DNA from: an uncultured Gammaproteobacteria bacterium
GTDB lineage: Bacteria; Pseudomonadota; Gammaproteobacteria; JASBUN01
Direction of reading: 5' to 3'
DNA length: 64,000 nucleotides
NCBI GenBank assembly: GCA_963762165.1
Contig: CAVXJN010000001.1
Location: 194,242-258,241, forward strand
The notes beneath the pieces were generated by a model. That model ran no database searches, was not told the origin of the DNA, and saw only the letters and a list, made by a program, of their open reading frames with translations. Made by a program: the position numbers and the translations under genes. Positions 58,960 through 64,000 of this stretch are shown in pieces (position 1 is the stretch's first letter; every line of letters begins with the position of its first letter).

Positions 58960-60135
58960 CTAGGTCCTGCGGCCCAGGGTGCGCACTTTCAATACGCCTT
59001 CGATTTTTCGAATCTCGTCTACGCATTGCTCGGACACGTCGGTTTCCACATCGACTACGGTGTAGGCCAGATCGCCGTTGGAACGATTCAGCATATCGAT
59101 GATGTTCAGATCCGACTTCGCCAGCGTTGTCGAAATCTGGCCGAGCATGTTCGGTACGTTATTGTTGACCACGGTCAGGCGAAAACCACTGTTGCGCGGC
59201 ATGATGACTTCGGGAAAGTTTACCGAGTTCACAACGTTGCCATTTTCCAGATAATCGCGTACTTGCTCCGCCACCATAATGGCACAATTCTCTTCCGCCT
59301 CCCGTGTCGATGCACCGATATGGGGCAGCGTGATGGCGCGCGCCTGATTCTTGAGGCGTTGATTCGGGAAGTCACAGATATAAGCGTAAACCTTGCCGCT
59401 GTCGAGGGCCGTGGCCACCGCCTCGTCGTCGACGATGCCATGGCGGGCGAAATTCAGCAGTACCACGCCATCTTTCATGCGTGCCAGACGGTCCGTATTG
59501 ATCAAGTTGCGGGTCGCCTCGACCAGCGGTACGTGAAAGGTGACAAAATCGGAACGGGACAGTAGATCGTCGACACTGGCGGCTTGTTCAACGTCGGAAG
59601 ACATCTGCCAGGCCCGTTGCACGGTGATGTCGGGATCGTAGCCAATCACTTTCATGCCCTGCGCCAAGGCCGCATTCGCCACCTGGACACCGATGGCACC
59701 CAGCCCGATTACACCCAGAGTCCGACCCGGCAGTTCGAAACCCACGAATTGCTTTTTGCCGACTTCGACCTGACGGTGGACTTCGGTGTCATCGCCTTCC
59801 AGGGACCTGGCGAAATCCCACGCCTGACAGATATTGCGGCACGCCAGTAACATGCCGGCGACCACCAGTTCTTTTACGGCGTTGGCGTTGGCGCCGGGAG
59901 CATTGAAAACCGGGATGCCGATACGGCTGAGCTTCGCCACCGGAATGTTGTTGACCCCGGCACCGGCGCGGCCTACTGCGCGCAGCGACGCGGGGATCGG
60001 CATGTCGTGCATATTCGCGGACCGCAGCAAGATGGCGTCCGGATGCTGAATCTCGGAGGCGACTTCATAACGATCGCGGGGTAAACGTTCCAGGCCCGCA
60101 ACCGAGATATTGTTCAATGTCAGAATCTTGTGCAT
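58960..60135 (-). CDS. serA: D-3-phosphoglycerate dehydrogenase with ACT domain
   Basis: RAGAGVNN, GLGAIG, NFAR, PHIGAST.EAE; adjacent to serC. Confidence 0.9.
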   Translation of the reverse strand: MHKILTLNNISVAGLERLPRDRYEVASEIQHPDAILLRSANMHDMPIPASLRAVGRAGAGVNNIPVAKLSRIGIPVFNAPGANANAVKELVVAGMLLACRNICQAWDFARSLEGDDTEVHRQVEVGKKQFVGFELPGRTLGVIGLGAIGVQVANAALAQGMKVIGYDPDITVQRAWQMSSDVEQAASVDDLLSRSDFVTFHVPLVEATRNLINTDRLARMKDGVVLLNFARHGIVDDEAVATALDSGKVYAYICDFPNQRLKNQARAITLPHIGASTREAEENCAIMVAEQVRDYLENGNVVNSVNFPEVIMPRNSGFRLTVVNNNVPNMLGQISTTLAKSDLNIIDMLNRSNGDLAYTVVDVETDVSEQCVDEIRKIEGVLKVRTLGRRT

Positions 60136-60220
60136 TCAGTCAGCCTTGTTTGTGCAGCGCGCAGCGCCCTTGAACGACATCGATCGCTTCCGCGGCTGCT
60201 TCGCCGGCAGGTGCGGGCAT

Positions 60221-61303
60221 TCAGCCGTGGCGCCGTTCGAATTCCCCCATGAACGCCACCAGCGCGTCGACACCGGCTTCGGGCATGGCATTGTAAATAC
60301 TCGCGCGCATGCCGCCGACCGAACGGTGGCCTTTTAGCGTCGTCAAGCCTTCGGCCGCGGCCTCCTTCAGGAACACGCCGTCCAGCTCGTCGTTTGCAAG
60401 CGTGAACGGCACATTCATCCACGAGCGCGTAGCCGGCTCCACCGGATTGGCGTAGAACGACGAACCATCGATTGCGGCGTACAGTTTATCCGCCTTGCGG
60501 CGGTTGATTTCGGCCATCGCCGGAAGACCGCCCAATCGTTTGAGCAGCTGAAATACCAAGCCGGCCAAGTACCAGCCATAGGTCGGCGGCGTGTTGTACA
60601 TGGAATCGTTGTCCGCTTGAACCTTGTAATCGAACATGGTCGGCGTAATCGGCAGTGCCTCGCCGATCAGATCCTCGCGCACGATCACCAGCGTCAGTCC
60701 CGCCGGTCCGACGTTTTTCTGGGCCCCGGCGTAGATCAGTCCGAATTTATTCACCTCTACCGGCCGCGACAGAATGGTCGACGACATATCGGCCACCAAC
60801 GGCACCGGCCCGGTATCCGGGACGTAGGGGAATTCGACGCCGCCGATGGTTTCGTTGGGGGTGTAATGCACGTAAGCCGAATCCGCGCTGAGGGTCAGTT
60901 CGGATTGCGCCGGCGCGCGGGTGAAATTTTCCGCCTCGGTGCTGGCGGCGATGCGCACGTCGCAGTATCGCTTCGCCTCGGCGATCGCCTTTTTCGACCA
61001 AGCGCCGGTGTTGATGTAGTCGGCCTGCTTGCGGCCACGCAGCAGATTCAGCGGCACCATCGCGAACTGTGAACTGGCGCCGCCCTGCAGGAACAGCACC
61101 TTGTAATTCGATGGAATACCCATGAGTTCGCGCAGGTCCGCTTCCGCCTGCTCGGCGATCGACATGAATTCCTTGCCGCGATGACTCATTTCCATCACCG
61201 ACATACCGCTGCCGTGCCAATCCAGCATTTCCTCGCGCGCTTGGGCAAGCACTTCTTCCGGAAGCATCGCCGGGCCAGCGCTGAAATTGTAGATCCGTGA
61301 CAT
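60221..61303 (-). CDS. serC: Phosphoserine aminotransferase
   Basis: [37 protein letters not shown]. Confidence 0.97.
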   Translation of the reverse strand: MSRIYNFSAGPAMLPEEVLAQAREEMLDWHGSGMSVMEMSHRGKEFMSIAEQAEADLRELMGIPSNYKVLFLQGGASSQFAMVPLNLLRGRKQADYINTGAWSKKAIAEAKRYCDVRIAASTEAENFTRAPAQSELTLSADSAYVHYTPNETIGGVEFPYVPDTGPVPLVADMSSTILSRPVEVNKFGLIYAGAQKNVGPAGLTLVIVREDLIGEALPITPTMFDYKVQADNDSMYNTPPTYGWYLAGLVFQLLKRLGGLPAMAEINRRKADKLYAAIDGSSFYANPVEPATRSWMNVPFTLANDELDGVFLKEAAAEGLTTLKGHRSVGGMRASIYNAMPEAGVDALVAFMGEFERRHG

Positions 61304-61573
61304 ACCTCAACTCCCAATGTGTCATTCAATGGCGGCTACGCGCGATCCGGCGTCACCCGCAAATTGTTATCGCCCGCAGCCCCATGGCTTCCGGCGCCAG
61401 CAAAATGTCGCCGGGATGAAGCGCAACGAGATCCGGGGAAGCCCAGGCTGCGGAGCAATGGGCTGGTTACCGACAGTCCCGGAGGGCGCCGGTGCGTGCG
61501 CCGAACCCCCGGCAGCACAGGCCAACCGGACAAGCACCTTCGTTCGGCTAACGGCAGTCCGCGTTGTCGCCGC

Positions 61574-64000
61574 CTATTCTTCCGCAGCCGGTTCCGAGTC
61601 TGCGTCGCCGTCGACGTCGCCGTTCTCGCTGTCGTCGCCGTTCTCGCCATTGAGGCTTTCGACCCGCTCCACACCGACCAGCTTATCATCCCCGCTGACG
61701 CTGATGAGCCGCACGCCCTGGGTATTGCGCCCCATCTGCGAAACCTCATCGACGCGCGTGCGGATCAAAGTGCCCATATTGCTGATCAGCATGATCTCGT
61801 CGTCATCGCTGACCTGCAGTGCACTGACCAGTGCGCCGTTGCGATCACTGATCTGCATCGCGATCACGCCCTGGCCGCCCCGCCCGTGCAAGGGAAATTC
61901 GTCGGTCAAGGTGCGTTTACCGTAGCCGTTTTCGGTGGCCGTGAGCACGGTGCCGGAGCCGTCACCGACGATAATCAATGCGATCACCCGCTGATCGGGA
62001 CCCAGCTTGATGCCGCGAACACCGCACGCCGTCCGGCCCATGGGACGAACCGCGTCTTCCGGAAAACGAATCGCCTTGCCGGCATCACTGAACAACATCA
62101 CATCCCGGGAACCGTCGGTGATGGCGACATTGATCAGGTAGTCATCCTCGCGCAAGTCCACGGCAATGATGCCATTGGCGCGCGGCCGCGAAAAATGGGA
62201 CAGCGGCGTCTTTTTCACCGTGCCGCTGGCCGCCGCCATGAACACGAACTGGTCTTCGGGAAAGCCCTGCACGGGCAACACGGCGTTGATACGCTCATCG
62301 GGCTCCAGGGGCAGCAGGTTGACGATCGGCTTGCCCCGTGCGGTACGACCCGCCTGGGGCAGCTCGTAGACTTTCAGCCAATAGGCCTTGCCGCGGCTGG
62401 AGAAACACAAAATGGTGTCGTGGGTATTGGCGACGAACAGTTTGTCGATGAAATCCTCTTCACGCACACTGGCCGCCGCCTTGCCGCGCCCGCCACGACG
62501 TTGCGCGGTATAGGACGATACCGGCTGGGACTTCGCATAACCGGCGTGTGACAGCGTTACCACCACGTCTTCGGGGCTGATCAGGTCTTCGAGCTTCAGA
62601 TCCTGATGGGTGATCACGATCTCGGTGCGGCGCTGGTCATTGAACTGTTCGCGCAAGTCACTCAGTTCATCGCGAATGACCTGCATCAAACGACCCGGAT
62701 TGGACAGAATGTCCAGCAGATCGTCGATTTTCTCCAACAGTTCCTTATACTCATTGACGATCTTGTCCTGCTCCAGACCGGTCAGACGCTGCAGGCGCAG
62801 TTCCAGGATCGCCTGGGCCTGGGATTCGGACAAACGATAACCTTCCTCCGTCAGCCCCATCTCCGCCGGTACATTGTCAGGGCGCGAAAATTCAGCGCCG
62901 GCACGTGCCAACATGTCGGACACGACGCCAGGTTGCCAGATCCGGCCCATCAAACCGGCCTTGGCTTCCGCCGGACCCGGCGATTGGCGGATCAACTGAA
63001 TCACGTCATCGATGTTGGCCAGCGCAACCGCCAGGCCTTCCAATACATGGGCCCGTTCGCGCGCCTTGCGCAAATCGAATACCGTGCGGCGGGTAACGAC
63101 CTCGCGCCGATGACGAATGAACGCCTGCAGGATTTCCTTGAGATTGAGCAGCCGCGGCTGCCCGTCTTCCAGCGCCACCATGTTGATGCCGAACACGTTC
63201 TGCATCTGGGTGTGCTGGTAGAGATTGTTGATCACGACTTCGGCCACTTCGCCGCGGCGCAGTTCGATCACCATGCGCATGCCGTCCTTGTCGGACTCGT
63301 CGCGCAACTCGGAGATGCCCTCCAGCTTCTTGTCCTTGACCAACTCGGCGATCTTTTCCAGCAGTCGCGCCTTGTTGACCTGATACGGCAATTCGGTGAC
63401 GACGATGCGCTCGCGGCCGCGGGACTCGTCGGTTTCCACATGGCTGCGCGCGCGCACGTAGATCCGTCCGCGACCGGTGTGATAGGCCTCGCGAATACCG
63501 GTGGCGCCGTTGATGATGCCCGCGGTCGGAAAATCCGGACCCGGCAGAAATTCCATCAGCTGATCGATGTTCAGACTCTCGTCGTCGATCAGCGCGACAC
63601 AGGCGTCGATGACTTCGCCGAGATTGTGAGGCGGAATGTTCGTGGCCATGCCGACGGCGATTCCGGCAGCGCCGTTGACCAACAGATTCGGTACCCGGGT
63701 CGGCAGGACCGAGGGCTCGCGTTCGGACTCGTCGTAGTTGAGAACGAAGTCGACGGTTTCCTTGTCCAGGTCGGCCAGCAGTTCGTGGGCGATCTTGGAC
63801 ATGCGCACTTCGGTGTAACGCATGGCGGCCGGCGCGTCGCCGTCCACGGAACCGAAGTTGCCCTGGCCGTCCACCAGCATGTAGCGCAGCGAAAACGGCT
63901 GCGCCATGCGCACGATGGTGTCGTAAACGGCGGTGTCGCCGTGGGGATGGTATTTACCGATTACATCGCCGACCACGCGGGCCGATTTCTTGTAGGGTTT
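61574..64000 (-). CDS. gyrA: DNA gyrase subunit A (N-terminus outside window)
   Basis: [25 protein letters not shown], GyrA-box QRRGGRG. Confidence 0.98.
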   Translation of the reverse strand, partial: KPYKKSARVVGDVIGKYHPHGDTAVYDTIVRMAQPFSLRYMLVDGQGNFGSVDGDAPAAMRYTEVRMSKIAHELLADLDKETVDFVLNYDESEREPSVLPTRVPNLLVNGAAGIAVGMATNIPPHNLGEVIDACVALIDDESLNIDQLMEFLPGPDFPTAGIINGATGIREAYHTGRGRIYVRARSHVETDESRGRERIVVTELPYQVNKARLLEKIAELVKDKKLEGISELRDESDKDGMRMVIELRRGEVAEVVINNLYQHTQMQNVFGINMVALEDGQPRLLNLKEILQAFIRHRREVVTRRTVFDLRKARERAHVLEGLAVALANIDDVIQLIRQSPGPAEAKAGLMGRIWQPGVVSDMLARAGAEFSRPDNVPAEMGLTEEGYRLSESQAQAILELRLQRLTGLEQDKIVNEYKELLEKIDDLLDILSNPGRLMQVIRDELSDLREQFNDQRRTEIVITHQDLKLEDLISPEDVVVTLSHAGYAKSQPVSSYTAQRRGGRGKAAASVREEDFIDKLFVANTHDTILCFSSRGKAYWLKVYELPQAGRTARGKPIVNLLPLEPDERINAVLPVQGFPEDQFVFMAAASGTVKKTPLSHFSRPRANGIIAVDLREDDYLINVAITDGSRDVMLFSDAGKAIRFPEDAVRPMGRTACGVRGIKLGPDQRVIALIIVGDGSGTVLTATENGYGKRTLTDEFPLHGRGGQGVIAMQISDRNGALVSALQVSDDDEIMLISNMGTLIRTRVDEVSQMGRNTQGVRLISVSGDDKLVGVERVESLNGENGDDSENGDVDGDADSEPAAEE

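Noticed and set aside
61370-61450. Structured element in the gyrA-serC spacer (GCCGGGATGAAGCGCAACGAGATCCGGG)
   Set aside because: Resembles a single degenerate REP-type palindrome; no second copy in the window to support it
63920-63960. GyrA Thr at the position equivalent to Ser83
   Set aside because: Thr is the wild-type residue in many gammaproteobacteria, so it is not a resistance signal

Overview
Core-genome segment of a GC-rich gammaproteobacterium. The left flank carries pheT'-pheS-rplT-rpmI-infC-thrS-tRNA-Val(GAC), a heavy-metal RND efflux operon (OMF-MFP-RND-DUF3240), a dead REP-associated tyrosine transposase, uvrB, an aminotransferase, an orphan fimT and tRNA-Asn(GTT). The centre (about 15.9-48.2 kb, all minus strand) is a visibly AT-richer ABC-transporter-type surface-polysaccharide locus. 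It is headed by rfaH, an EPS-associated winged-helix regulator and a perfect ops element. It contains five methyltransferase domains, a probable terminator/ruler/polymerase fusion, two lipid-linked-sugar modification modules with three GT-C-like membrane proteins, and nested IS3-family elements. The right flank is the gyrA'-serC-serA-pheA-hisC-tyrA-aroA-cmk-rpsA-ihfB-lapAB-pyrF-comEA superoperon. Many genes between about 13.6 and 57 kb, including normally essential ones, carry single-base frameshifts that are most likely sequencing errors, so their coordinates are reconstructed by eye. No CRISPR array, prophage or defence system was seen. The best leads are the GT2/methyltransferase/GT-C modules, a three-hairpin tRNA-Thr-mimic thrS operator, Csr/Gac-like signals on two competence genes, and an ATAG-headed REP family.
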